From: a plasmid
Reading direction: 5' to 3' (one strand)
DNA: 38,606 nucleotides
Sequence record: NZ_CP102943.1
In this document: positions 28,975 through 37,813 of the stretch, piece by piece
How positions within the stretch are numbered: position 1 is the stretch's first letter
How the letters are laid out: every line of letters begins with the position of its first letter
Notes under the pieces: model-generated
The model's input: only the letters and a program-made list of their open reading frames with translations
Told to the model about the DNA's origin: nothing
Databases searched by the model: none
Position numbers and translations under genes: made by a program

Positions 28975-29541
28975 ATGAAGATTGGATACGCGCGAATCTC
29001 TACCGACGACCAGCGCTTGAACCTACAGCGCGATGCATTGCATGCCGCCGGCTGTGAGCGGGTGTTCACCGACACTGCGAGTGGAGCCCGAGTGGATAGG
29101 CAGGGGCTGGCGGATGCGCTGGACTTCGCCAGGGCTGGCGACGTACTGGTGGTATGGCGGCTGGACCGCCTCGGCCGTTCGTTGAAGGAACTTGTGACCC
29201 TGGTCGAGCGGCTGAAAACTGCCGGCATCGGGTTGGAAAGCCTTATGGAGAAGATCGACACCACAACCGCGTCGGGTGAGTTGATCTTCCACGTGTTCGG
29301 TGCGATCGCTCAGTTTGAACGCCGGTTGATCGTTGAGCGCACCAAGGCTGGATTGTCCGCCGCTCGCGCACGCGGGCGGGCGGGCGGACGGCCACCACTG
29401 TCTCAGGGTACTGTCGAATCGCTGCACGCCTTGGTGCGTGCTGGACGTTCCCCCGCCGAGGTATGTCGGGCGCTCAAGATTGGGCGAACCACGTTCTACA
29501 AGTACAGCCCCGAGTCAACACATAAGGGAAGCGGCGCTTGA
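28975..29541 (+). CDS. Serine recombinase (resolvase/invertase family)
   Basis: MKIGYARISTDDQ...; catalytic Ser; C-terminal HTH. Confidence 0.9.
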   Translation: MKIGYARISTDDQRLNLQRDALHAAGCERVFTDTASGARVDRQGLADALDFARAGDVLVVWRLDRLGRSLKELVTLVERLKTAGIGLESLMEKIDTTTASGELIFHVFGAIAQFERRLIVERTKAGLSAARARGRAGGRPPLSQGTVESLHALVRAGRSPAEVCRALKIGRTTFYKYSPESTHKGSGA

Positions 29542-29941
29542 TCCCTACCAGCAGCCTGGATTGAGGAAGCCTCGCTTTCGCTTCTGGACGGCCACTGGCA
29601 GCAATAAGGCCGGTTGCCCGGCCTTTGTCATGTGATGCTGATGTGGCGCGTTCTAGGGCGCCATGCTCGATAGTGGGCAGCGCCACGCTCTCTTCCCGAC
29701 AAAGGACCATGCGCCCGACCACAGGGTCATGAACGGGAATTGGTTGGTTATCCGGTAGTGAATTACGTGTTCGCATGGGAAGCGAGCATGCTCATCCTGG
29801 CTGCGGCAGGACATGGTGGCAGTGAACTCGCGGATCTGTTGCTGTGGCTCGATCAGCGGGTAGGGAAGGTGGATCAGCATACGGCTCCTGTCTATCGGAT
29901 CTGGGGGCCGGTAGACCGGCCCCGATACAGTCTCTGTGCGT

Positions 29942-32866
29942 TCAAAGATCGATGCCGAAGCCGATGCCGGCGGAAGATTCGCCGCCGCTGATGGCACCGC
30001 CGAAGCTGAAAGATCCGCGGCCGATGGACTTCGACCAGCCAACGGAAAGAGCCCGCTGCCCGCCCGACCAGCCAATGCCGGCACCAACGCGGCCGAACTC
30101 GCTGCGAGATCCGCCGGCATTGGTAGCCATCTGCACCATGGCCGAGGTCATGGCTGACTGCCGATCAATGCGACGGTCCAACTGGCCGAACCGCATGTTC
30201 ACCTGACGGCTCATATCGTCCATGCCCCCCCACACATCAGCGATACGGCTGTCGGTATACGCCTTGGACTCCTTGAGCGTTTCCTGGGCCTTGGTGTCGG
30301 TGTAGGCGCGGCTCTCGCCAATGCCCTGGCGTACCTGATTGAGATTGGCGGCGTCAGTACCGTTGATGCCGGCAGCGAGGTTGGAAATGCGCGTCCCGCC
30401 GGGCCCTTCCAGCGTCAACGCGTCCTTGCTCGCGTCGTCGTAGATCACCGGACGGGTGATGGCCGGGCTCTGCTCAACGTCGCTGACGCGGCCTTCCAGC
30501 CCGGCCAGCTTGCCGTCGACGGCAGCGAACGCGTCGCCGACGTTGCCAAAGTCCACCGATCCGATCCGGTACTGCGGACCGCTGAAACCGCCGTTGTTCC
30601 AGCCAGCGCCAGCGCCCAGCGCACTGGTCAAGGCCGACAGCTGGGTGAAGTTGGTGGCATCGGTTGCATTGACGCCGGCGGCCACGCCAGTGATACGCGT
30701 GGGGGCTCCTGAGCGCTCCGCGTTGTAGGCGGTGCCGTCGAACAGCAGGGCGTCGCCGGCAACGCCGGCAAGCTCGTCCCGCACGGTGTCCAATTGGGAC
30801 TTGTTCACCGCGTCCAGGCTGTCCACACCATCGGCCACCCCTGAAATGCGAGTGGCGGCGCCGCCGCGCGTGGCGTTGTAGGTCGTCCCATCGAACAACA
30901 GAGCGTTCTCGCTTACCTTGCCCAAGTCGGTTGCCACCGCATCCAGCTGGCGCTTGTTGACCGCATCGGTGGCATCGATGCCATCGGCCAGATCCACCAC
31001 GCGGGCCCCCTTGGCGGCAATCGCGCCGTTGGGGCCAGTGAACTGCACCGCACGCGCATCGAGCGCGGCCAGATCCGCGCCCACGTGGTCAGCCGTCCGC
31101 TGCGCGGCCTGGGCCTGACCCTCCACACCATCGAGCTGACCACGGTTCACGGCGTCGCCGGCACCCACGCCATCAGCCACCCCTGAAATGCGCGTGGCAG
31201 CGCCCTCCCGAATGGCGTTGTAGGCCGTGCCGTCAAACTTGAGCGCGTCACCACCGATGACGCCAACCTCGCCAGCCAAGGCATCCAGCTGGCGCTTGTT
31301 CACGGCATCATTGGCATCGGTGGCATCAGCTACCCCGGCAATCCGGGTGGCATAACCATCGCGGCGCGCACTGAATGCCGCGCCGGTATAGCGCATTGCG
31401 GTATCGCGGATCTGGATGACCTCGCCCGTCAACTCGCCGTGTTGCTTCATGGTCACCGCATCGCTTGCGGCGACACCATCGGCAACATTGACGATGCGGC
31501 GCTTCACCTCGGCATTGCCCACGGACACGGTGTTGGCTTCGGTCGCGCGGCTTCCATTGCCGAGAGCCACGCTATCGGCCATGGCGTAGCTGCTGGCGCC
31601 GAAGGCGGAACCGCGTACATCGGCCTCGGCGGACCGGCCCACGGCCACAGCGAAGTCATCCGCCGCAGCCTCGCCGCCAATTGCGGTGGCATTGCCACGG
31701 GCGCGGGCGTTGTATCCCACGGCTGCGCCGCGAGAACCAGGTTCACCAGCCTCCATGGACACAGCACCCTGGCCGACTGCTACGTGGTTGGAGCCTGCCG
31801 TGGTGCCGTAGCCCAGCGCTACGGCGCCTTCTGGGCCAGCCGTGGCGGCTACGTCGCCGGCAGCACCTGGGGTAGCTACCGCATACCGGGCGATTCCGTC
31901 CGCCGTCGCCTGTGCAGCCACAGCCATCCGCCCCGACTGTGCCGCGAGGTCGCTAGCCCCCTTCGCGTCGGTCACTCCCTTGTTGGCGGTGAATTGGGCG
32001 TTTGCTGCCTCAGATCGCGCGGTATCCGCCGTGCCCTGGGCACTTCGGGCCAGCGTCCGGCCTTCATTGCCGACCTGTAGGGCCGTCGCCGCATCGGTTA
32101 CGCCCTTGTCGGCGGTCCACTTCGCGGTGTCTGCGGTGTTCTGCGCGCGGACGGCACGGTTCACCCCGTCCTGGGCAACAGTGGTCACGCTGTTGACCTG
32201 GTTGACGCTCGCCGCATCGTTGCCCGCGACGCCATCTGCAATGTTCGTCACACGACCGCCGACGCTCACCGCGTTTCGGTTGCCGTCGGTGTACTTCACC
32301 GCCAGTGGATCATTGCCACCAGCATTAGCCATTGCAGAGTCCAGCTGCCGCTTGTTCACCGCGTCCATAGGAGCCACGCCATCGGCGAGGTTAGATATCC
32401 TGCCGCCTCCGGAACCAGCGGCCATCGTGTAGCTCAGATCTAGGGTCTTGCCGCTTTCCATCGGGATTGAAGTCGGCGCATACGCGGCTTGCAGCTGTGT
32501 CGTCGGGTAGCCGTATTCGTCAACGCCATCAACGTAGTAATAGAAGACTTGGGACTGGGCATCGTCCATCTCCCACGTTTTGGTCTGGGTGTTGTAGAAG
32601 TTGTAAACATCCATCGCATCGCCCGATCCATCAGCGAACTCGGTAACACGCTGGGTGACAAAGGTTCCATCCGCGTACATCAGACCGTTGTGATAGCAGG
32701 TGCTTCCCCCACCGTCGCAAGGTGACTGTGGCCCTTGCAGGCCGGCATGCGCTGGTGCGGCAGCTGTCATCGCCATCACAAAGCCTGTTCCGCACGCCAC
32801 GGAGAGCAATGAAGCTGTGACGGATTGCGCAAGGCTGCGCCGTTTTGCGCTATTTCGCTTACCCAT
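29942..32866 (-). CDS. Trimeric autotransporter adhesin (YadA/XadA-like)
   Basis: Long signal peptide; repeated ADGV..TDAVNKRQLD neck/stalk motifs in at least 6 copies; Ala/Thr-rich coiled-coil stalk; C-terminal Gly-rich beta-barrel anchor. Confidence 0.85.
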   Translation of the reverse strand: MGKRNSAKRRSLAQSVTASLLSVACGTGFVMAMTAAAPAHAGLQGPQSPCDGGGSTCYHNGLMYADGTFVTQRVTEFADGSGDAMDVYNFYNTQTKTWEMDDAQSQVFYYYVDGVDEYGYPTTQLQAAYAPTSIPMESGKTLDLSYTMAAGSGGGRISNLADGVAPMDAVNKRQLDSAMANAGGNDPLAVKYTDGNRNAVSVGGRVTNIADGVAGNDAASVNQVNSVTTVAQDGVNRAVRAQNTADTAKWTADKGVTDAATALQVGNEGRTLARSAQGTADTARSEAANAQFTANKGVTDAKGASDLAAQSGRMAVAAQATADGIARYAVATPGAAGDVAATAGPEGAVALGYGTTAGSNHVAVGQGAVSMEAGEPGSRGAAVGYNARARGNATAIGGEAAADDFAVAVGRSAEADVRGSAFGASSYAMADSVALGNGSRATEANTVSVGNAEVKRRIVNVADGVAASDAVTMKQHGELTGEVIQIRDTAMRYTGAAFSARRDGYATRIAGVADATDANDAVNKRQLDALAGEVGVIGGDALKFDGTAYNAIREGAATRISGVADGVGAGDAVNRGQLDGVEGQAQAAQRTADHVGADLAALDARAVQFTGPNGAIAAKGARVVDLADGIDATDAVNKRQLDAVATDLGKVSENALLFDGTTYNATRGGAATRISGVADGVDSLDAVNKSQLDTVRDELAGVAGDALLFDGTAYNAERSGAPTRITGVAAGVNATDATNFTQLSALTSALGAGAGWNNGGFSGPQYRIGSVDFGNVGDAFAAVDGKLAGLEGRVSDVEQSPAITRPVIYDDASKDALTLEGPGGTRISNLAAGINGTDAANLNQVRQGIGESRAYTDTKAQETLKESKAYTDSRIADVWGGMDDMSRQVNMRFGQLDRRIDRQSAMTSAMVQMATNAGGSRSEFGRVGAGIGWSGGQRALSVGWSKSIGRGSFSFGGAISGGESSAGIGFGIDL

Positions 32867-32952
32867 AATCGCCTCTCTTGGTTAATTTCAATGTCAAGCA
32901 TGGATTCATTCAGATGAGCTTTTATGGCTCCAAATGAACGCATATGCTCTTA

Positions 32953-32971
32953 CCAAGATGGTGCATATTGC
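32953..32971. promoter_or_regulatory. Degenerate operator-like motif copy h (CCAAGATGGTGCATATTGC)
   Basis: About 13 of 19 matches to the consensus; in the divergent promoter region between the adhesin and the TA pair. Confidence 0.3.
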
Positions 32972-33070
32972 AAATCGGGCAATTCATCTAATGGCGCAAA
33001 TTTCGTGGTGCGTCACGCACTAACCCACATATGTGGTAATGTGGGTCCACACTTGTACCGGGAGCGTGAT

Positions 33071-33325
33071 GTGAGCCGACTGACCATTGATATTCCCGAA
33101 CAGCTTCACCAAAGCCTGAAAGCTAGGGCAGCATTGCAAGGCAAAACAATGAAGCAATACGCCCTCGAACGGCTGTGGCCTAACAACACCGAAGATGCTC
33201 AGGCGTGGGCGGAGCTTCAAGCTACCTTGGGCGAGCGCATCACTGCTGGACTTGCGGGGAAAGTCTCAAGCAAGGGCATCGGTGAGATCCTTGATGAGGA
33301 AGTGCCTGCGGGTAAGCGCGCTTGA
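33071..33325 (+). CDS. parD: ParD/RHH-type antitoxin
   Basis: GTG start 6 nt after GGAG; LTIDIPEQLHQSLKARAALQGKTMKQYALERL; overlaps the toxin start (ATGA). Confidence 0.75.
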   Translation: MSRLTIDIPEQLHQSLKARAALQGKTMKQYALERLWPNNTEDAQAWAELQATLGERITAGLAGKVSSKGIGEILDEEVPAGKRA

Positions 33326-33633
33326 CTGCTTATGTCCTGACGGATGACGCTGAAGCTGATTTGCGCAGCGTCATCCGCTACTCCCGGAGACAATGGGGCG
33401 ATGCCCAGGCGAGGCGCTACGTGACGACAATGCAGCAGGAGGTAGATCGGCTTGTAGCCGGGCACTCAGCGGCTAAAGACATGGGTGACCTCTACCCGTC
33501 GCTACGGATGGGGCGCTGTGGGCATCACTATGTGTTCTTCTTGCCCGCAGGCAACTCCCCCACGCTGGTGGTCGCGATATTCCATGAGCGCATGGATTTG
33601 ATGACCCGAGTTGCTGCACGCCTGGGCGTTTGA
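33322..33633 (+). CDS. parE: ParE/RelE-family toxin
   Basis: 103 aa; LRSVIRYSRRQWG...HHYVFF...VVAIFHERMD matches the ParE pattern. Confidence 0.8.
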   Translation: MTAYVLTDDAEADLRSVIRYSRRQWGDAQARRYVTTMQQEVDRLVAGHSAAKDMGDLYPSLRMGRCGHHYVFFLPAGNSPTLVVAIFHERMDLMTRVAARLGV

Positions 33634-33884
33634 CATTGCCCAGATCGCGGCTCGCTGCGGGATATTCCTGGCGACACTTCGACGACCTTTCGCTGTTGAA
33701 CTTCAACTGCCGGGGGGTTGCCCTCGTCAGGAGAGGGCCTAACGGGAAGTGGCCCCACACGATCAGTTGGCAAAACAAGGAATTTGAAGCCACCGCCGGC
33801 AGCAGAGAGCAGGCGGTGACTTGGATCGAAGCATGGATCTCGGGCCGGCGGGGCGATCTCCCTGGCAACATCCCCCGGCGTTAG
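33630..33884 (+). CDS. Hypothetical protein (TTG start)
   Basis: 84 aa ORF immediately after parE; weak start. Confidence 0.25.
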   Translation: MTLPRSRLAAGYSWRHFDDLSLLNFNCRGVALVRRGPNGKWPHTISWQNKEFEATAGSREQAVTWIEAWISGRRGDLPGNIPRR

Positions 33885-33936
33885 CGGCGTGGGAAAATGC
33901 ACCAGAATGCGGCAACGGGGAGTGTACGGCGCAGCA

Positions 33937-34320
33937 TCAGCGAGCGCTCAGCGGTAGCTGTGGCAACGCCCAGTGCTCAAGGCTCACACCCAGCTGAGCG
34001 AATCCGGCATCCCGAACGACGCGCAGCGCCGTGCTTGCCTCGGAGAACTCGCGGGGCGTGCGATCTGAATTGCGGACCAGCACAATGCGGTCACCGCTGC
34101 GGGCCTGGGCCATCACCAAGAAGATGGAACCGAGGCCGATCAGATCCGCCCGGACGAAAGCGCCGGCCGCGTGCGTGGCCCGGAACTCGGCCAAAGTCAT
34201 GGGCTTAGGCGGGCGATTCGTGTACTCGGCCTTGCTCGTAGGCAAGAGGTTGGCTACTTCAAGGGATGACCAGAACGATTCGGCAAGAGCATCGTTGTAG
34301 CCGGGAGCAGTATTAGCCAT
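33937..34320 (-). CDS. Hypothetical protein (last gene of a minus-strand operon)
   Basis: 127 aa; start overlaps the upstream gene. Confidence 0.45.
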   Translation of the reverse strand: MANTAPGYNDALAESFWSSLEVANLLPTSKAEYTNRPPKPMTLAEFRATHAAGAFVRADLIGLGSIFLVMAQARSGDRIVLVRNSDRTPREFSEASTALRVVRDAGFAQLGVSLEHWALPQLPLSAR

Positions 34321-34609
34321 GGGCTTTGTCCTGTGGATCGAGTATGAGCAACAGTTCGGCCATGAGGGCGATTCCTTCGCGGTAGATGGCTACCTCGCTG
34401 TTGTAGTCGGCTTCCCCTTCGAGTCCGGTCGGCGCGTAGGTCCGAACGCGGCGCGTGCCGGGTGCGCTTGGATCGGCAGGCAGGTGGGTCTGCCACTGCG
34501 CCATGCGGCGCTGTAGCAGTCTGCGGGCAGTTTCGACGCGTGCTATCCATGGGGCGGCGTTCAGCAGCGCGGCAACGCTGTCCGCCTTGACCACGTGTTG
34601 GGCGCTCAT
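34313..34609 (-). CDS. Hypothetical protein
   Basis: 98 aa; 4-nt overlaps on both sides suggest translational coupling. Confidence 0.45.
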   Translation of the reverse strand: MSAQHVVKADSVAALLNAAPWIARVETARRLLQRRMAQWQTHLPADPSAPGTRRVRTYAPTGLEGEADYNSEVAIYREGIALMAELLLILDPQDKAHG

Positions 34610-35013
34610 GAGGTCACCACCTTGCCGTTGCCGGATGCCCGCCGGGTCCGCAGTTCATCGGCCAAGGTCAGGGCAGGCGTAAGCGCCTCACGCAGTCGCG
34701 GACTGTAGTCGGCAAGCGTGTCCCAGCCGTGCCCGCCGTAGCGAAGCTGCACCCACCCGGTCATCTGCGGGCCCCGCTCGGTCGGCAGATAGACGTGGAG
34801 GTGGTCTTCTTCAACAGTGAGCAACGCCCTGGCCACGTCACCCAGCACCGCGCTCGGGGTCTGGACGTACCGCTCGCCGTCGTACACTGCGACGATGTAG
34901 CCGGCCCCGATCAGTGCGGCTACTACCGCTGTCGCGATTTGGCGCTCCGTACGCTCGCGGGATTCGATAAGCGTCGGAACCCGCGTTGCCCTGTGTGACA
35001 TGTGCATGAGCAT
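34606..35013 (-). CDS. Hypothetical protein
   Basis: 135 aa from MLMHMSH; perfect GGAGG RBS; first gene downstream of operator copy f. Confidence 0.5.
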   Translation of the reverse strand: MLMHMSHRATRVPTLIESRERTERQIATAVVAALIGAGYIVAVYDGERYVQTPSAVLGDVARALLTVEEDHLHVYLPTERGPQMTGWVQLRYGGHGWDTLADYSPRLREALTPALTLADELRTRRASGNGKVVTS

Positions 35014-35046
35014 TCTGTGCCTCCGTGTCTGCCAGTGCGGGTAATT

Positions 35047-35081
35047 CCGCACAACCAAAATATACCATCTTGGTTGTGCGG
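35047..35081. promoter_or_regulatory. Operator-like motif copy f inside an extended 12-bp-arm palindrome (CCGCACAACCAA-AATATACCATC-TTGGTTGTGCGG)
   Basis: Core CCAAAATATACCATCTTGG at 35055-35073; 42 bp upstream of the gene starting at 35013. Confidence 0.65.
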
Positions 35082-35118
35082 AATGCAATAAGTGTTTTAG
35101 GAATTGCCCGTTTTGTGG

Positions 35119-35691
35119 TCAGTGGTAGGACGTGTAGAGCATCGGGCGACCATCCCAGCGGTGCAGCCTCCTCCCCTTCCTGACGACAACTCCGGGCGCG
35201 CTCGTCCGGCAGGTGAACGGCTCCGCGTTTTGCAGGAAGGCGTCTTTGGCGGGGACCACGTAGCCGGACATGGCACACGGGCTTGGCCGGTCCGCCTGGG
35301 TGCTGGCGATGGCCCTGACTTCAACCGTTCGCGGCGAAACAACACGCACCACCTGGAAGAAATACACATTGGTCTGGTCGTAGCCGCTCGACTCGGCAAC
35401 CACGTCGCCAACGGCCAAGCCGTGAGCTGCTGCTGCTCGCGCAGTGCGGGCCGTCGCCTTGGCCGCTTCGCGGCGGGCCTGGGATTCGGCATAGGCGTGC
35501 AGGGCGCGCGCGAGTTCTTCTTCGCTGCCGCAACTGACGTGCAGTGCGGCGCGGGTCTGCCGCCCCTTGTAGACCATCAGGCCGTGCCGTCCTCGGCGAA
35601 TGGGGTAGATGTAGGCAACGATGCCGGCAGCGGGGAAAGTCTGCTGTGCGCTGTCGTCGGGGATATAGCGCTCTGGCTTGAAACGTTTCAT
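35119..35691 (-). CDS. Hypothetical protein
   Basis: 190 aa; GGAG RBS; no recognised motif. Confidence 0.5.
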   Translation of the reverse strand: MKRFKPERYIPDDSAQQTFPAAGIVAYIYPIRRGRHGLMVYKGRQTRAALHVSCGSEEELARALHAYAESQARREAAKATARTARAAAAHGLAVGDVVAESSGYDQTNVYFFQVVRVVSPRTVEVRAIASTQADRPSPCAMSGYVVPAKDAFLQNAEPFTCRTSAPGVVVRKGRRLHRWDGRPMLYTSYH

Positions 35692-35736
35692 GCGGATCTC
35701 CGAAAGGGGCCGCGCGGTGAACGCGGCCCGGTTAGA

Positions 35737-36423
35737 TCAGTCTTCGTTTTCGTGGGTGATCGTGATGACCGGCTCCCACTGGTCACCGCCGCTGATGCGC
35801 AGGACCAACGACGCGGTGCGGCTCGTCGGGCCTGTGCGGGCAATGCGGTTGATCTGGAAGGGGCGGGGTGCGCTGTTGTTCTCGCGACGCTGGCGGGCGA
35901 TAGCCGCTGCGCAGCGAAGCAGACGCTCAAGCCGCAGGGCTTGGGTGTCCCACTGGCCGGTGCGGTCGGTGTCGCTTTGGCCCCATTCGATGCAGTCGAA
36001 CCACACCGAACGGGTGACAGCGACCGGGATGCGGAAGCCGGCACTCCGGGCGGCGACGCTCACATCCACCAGCACACCATCTTCAATGGCGTCTGCACGG
36101 GTGTAGCTGTCGATCAGGTCAGCTGCACTGAACAGCGGCTCGTTGTCGGCTTCGCGCGCATGAGCCTGCGCGTCCAACCACGAACCTCTCCACGCGTCGA
36201 GTAGGGCCACCACACTCGCACCAGGACATTGCACGTCCGCGCCGCGCTCGGGATCGAACAGGAAGCTACGGAAAGCCTCATCACAGACGGGGATCAGTGG
36301 GAGCCCGGCCTGATAAGCCGCAGCCCCAAGATGCTTGGCATGGGTCAGCTGCTTTGCTTTGCCCATTGCTTTGCTAGATGTCTTCGCCGGCTCTTGCTGT
36401 TGGCTGTTGTCGTAGTGGTTCAT
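35737..36423 (-). CDS. Hypothetical protein
   Basis: 228 aa from MNHYDNSQQ with GGAGAAAG RBS. The longer listed ORF (to 36594) has a low-complexity N-terminal extension and is probably not translated. Confidence 0.5.
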   Translation of the reverse strand: MNHYDNSQQQEPAKTSSKAMGKAKQLTHAKHLGAAAYQAGLPLIPVCDEAFRSFLFDPERGADVQCPGASVVALLDAWRGSWLDAQAHAREADNEPLFSAADLIDSYTRADAIEDGVLVDVSVAARSAGFRIPVAVTRSVWFDCIEWGQSDTDRTGQWDTQALRLERLLRCAAAIARQRRENNSAPRPFQINRIARTGPTSRTASLVLRISGGDQWEPVITITHENED

Positions 36424-37260
36424 GGTGACTTTCTCCGTGCTTCCTGTTGCGTGGTGAACATTGCTTCGCTGAGTGCCTTGCGCCGTATTGCCCGTAGGTC
36501 GGGCGGGACGGGCTGGGTGTGATGTGCAAGACAGGAAGCCGCAGCCGCGCCGCAGGCGTGGACCGGGTGAGTGGATTGAGCGCTTGCGCGTCACTTCGCA
36601 CCCAGCCCGGCTTGCCCTACCTTTAAGGGCAGGCGTAAGGCACTCGGCGAGTGTTCAGGTACGCGGTAGGGCGGAGAGGGTCACCGGAACCGAAATGCAG
36701 CAGCGACAGCTGCTGCCAGTGACGGCTTGCCGGCACCATCTGCGCCCGTAGGGCGCGCAATAGCGGGGTTGCCTGGGCCGTTGAAATCACGGCCGCGTCG
36801 CGGTCGGCGCTGTTGAATGGGGGGTGGGTAGTGGTGACAGGCCTGCGGCTGGCCAGGGGGCGTCGTGTCACCAAGACAGATTCAGCGTGAAGTGACCCGC
36901 TGTGGCGACATGTCTCGCAGCGGGCAGGGTGGGGGTGTCATCAGTCGGCGCCAGGAAGCCTTACGCCGTGCCGCCGGCGATGGCCTTAACGGCGTTCATA
37001 AATTGGTGACGGGGAACGTGGTTAAGCGGTAGAATCGGTCGCCAATATTGGCTCTGTCGGCTGCTGCCGTTGGTCCGTTTTGCGTCAGGGAGTTCGACGC
37101 AAGACGTGCCCAGCTTTACCGAAAGGGATTGAAGCCCGTAGGGCCGAAACCGGCAGATGCCGGGTTCGGTTCACGAAAGCCCGGCCCCGCCGGTAGGCGG
37201 GGAGAGCCAGCATATCGAGCGTTGCGAAGGTCTGGATGCCGTAACAACCAAGTTCATCTA

Positions 37261-37279
37261 CCAAAACGCTACATTTTGG
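37261..37279. promoter_or_regulatory. Operator-like motif copy i (CCAAAACGCTACATTTTGG)
   Basis: 22 bp upstream of the ATG at 37301. Confidence 0.5.
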
Positions 37280-37300
37280 TAGTAACATAGGACTATTGAA

Positions 37301-37762
37301 ATGACCCAAGACGACAAATTCACAATGCGACCGCCTTGCAGCGCTTCAAACTCGATCTTGGAACCAGACCTCGAACTGGCCGCGAAGCACAACATCATCG
37401 ATCAGTTGGAAGTGCTGGAAACGGATGATGGGTTCTACCTGCTGGCGACGTTCGCCGATCATGGCGAAGTCCTGAAACAGAGTCGTGGGCAGGGTCTTCC
37501 TGAGTGGTTCTACATCCTGGCCCAACTGCTGAGTGAGCCCAACAAGCAGTGGTATCTGACGACGCGCCGGGATCGCGACAGCCCGCGTCTGTTCAAGGAT
37601 CTCAAGCGGCTCAATGAACACCTGAAAGACAAGTACCCGCTCAACAGTTTCACGCTGCACAGGCACGTCAAGATCGAGGGCGCCGGCCCTGAGAAGAAGC
37701 CGCAGACGCGCGGCCGGCGACCGAAAGACAAAATCGAAGCCGCCAAACATATGCAGGCGTAA
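37301..37762 (+). CDS. Hypothetical basic protein upstream of virB1 (candidate DNA-binding regulator)
   Basis: 153 aa with lower GC than its surroundings. The C-terminal KKPQTRGRRPKDKIEAAKH tail is strongly basic. It has its own operator-like site. Confidence 0.5.
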   Translation: MTQDDKFTMRPPCSASNSILEPDLELAAKHNIIDQLEVLETDDGFYLLATFADHGEVLKQSRGQGLPEWFYILAQLLSEPNKQWYLTTRRDRDSPRLFKDLKRLNEHLKDKYPLNSFTLHRHVKIEGAGPEKKPQTRGRRPKDKIEAAKHMQA

Positions 37763-37764
37763 TT

Positions 37765-37783
37765 ACCAAGATATGCTAATCTG
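37765..37783. promoter_or_regulatory. Operator-like motif copy g (CCAAGATATGCTAATCTGG)
   Basis: 31 bp upstream of virB1. Confidence 0.45.
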
Positions 37784-37813
37784 GCTCCCGTACCTACCAC
37801 GGGAGTCTGAGCC

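Noticed and set aside
29474-32725. Numerous ORFs inside or antisense to the adhesin gene (e.g. 31439..32080 +, 31842..32432 +, 30456..30728 +)
   Set aside because: The adhesin reading frame has coherent domain architecture over 974 aa; the alternative frames are Ala/Gly/Arg-rich low-complexity translations
37048-37309. ORFs 37048..37290 + and 37085..37309 - in the long intergenic region
   Set aside because: No RBS; overlap each other; region contains palindromes and operator-like sites and is more plausibly regulatory
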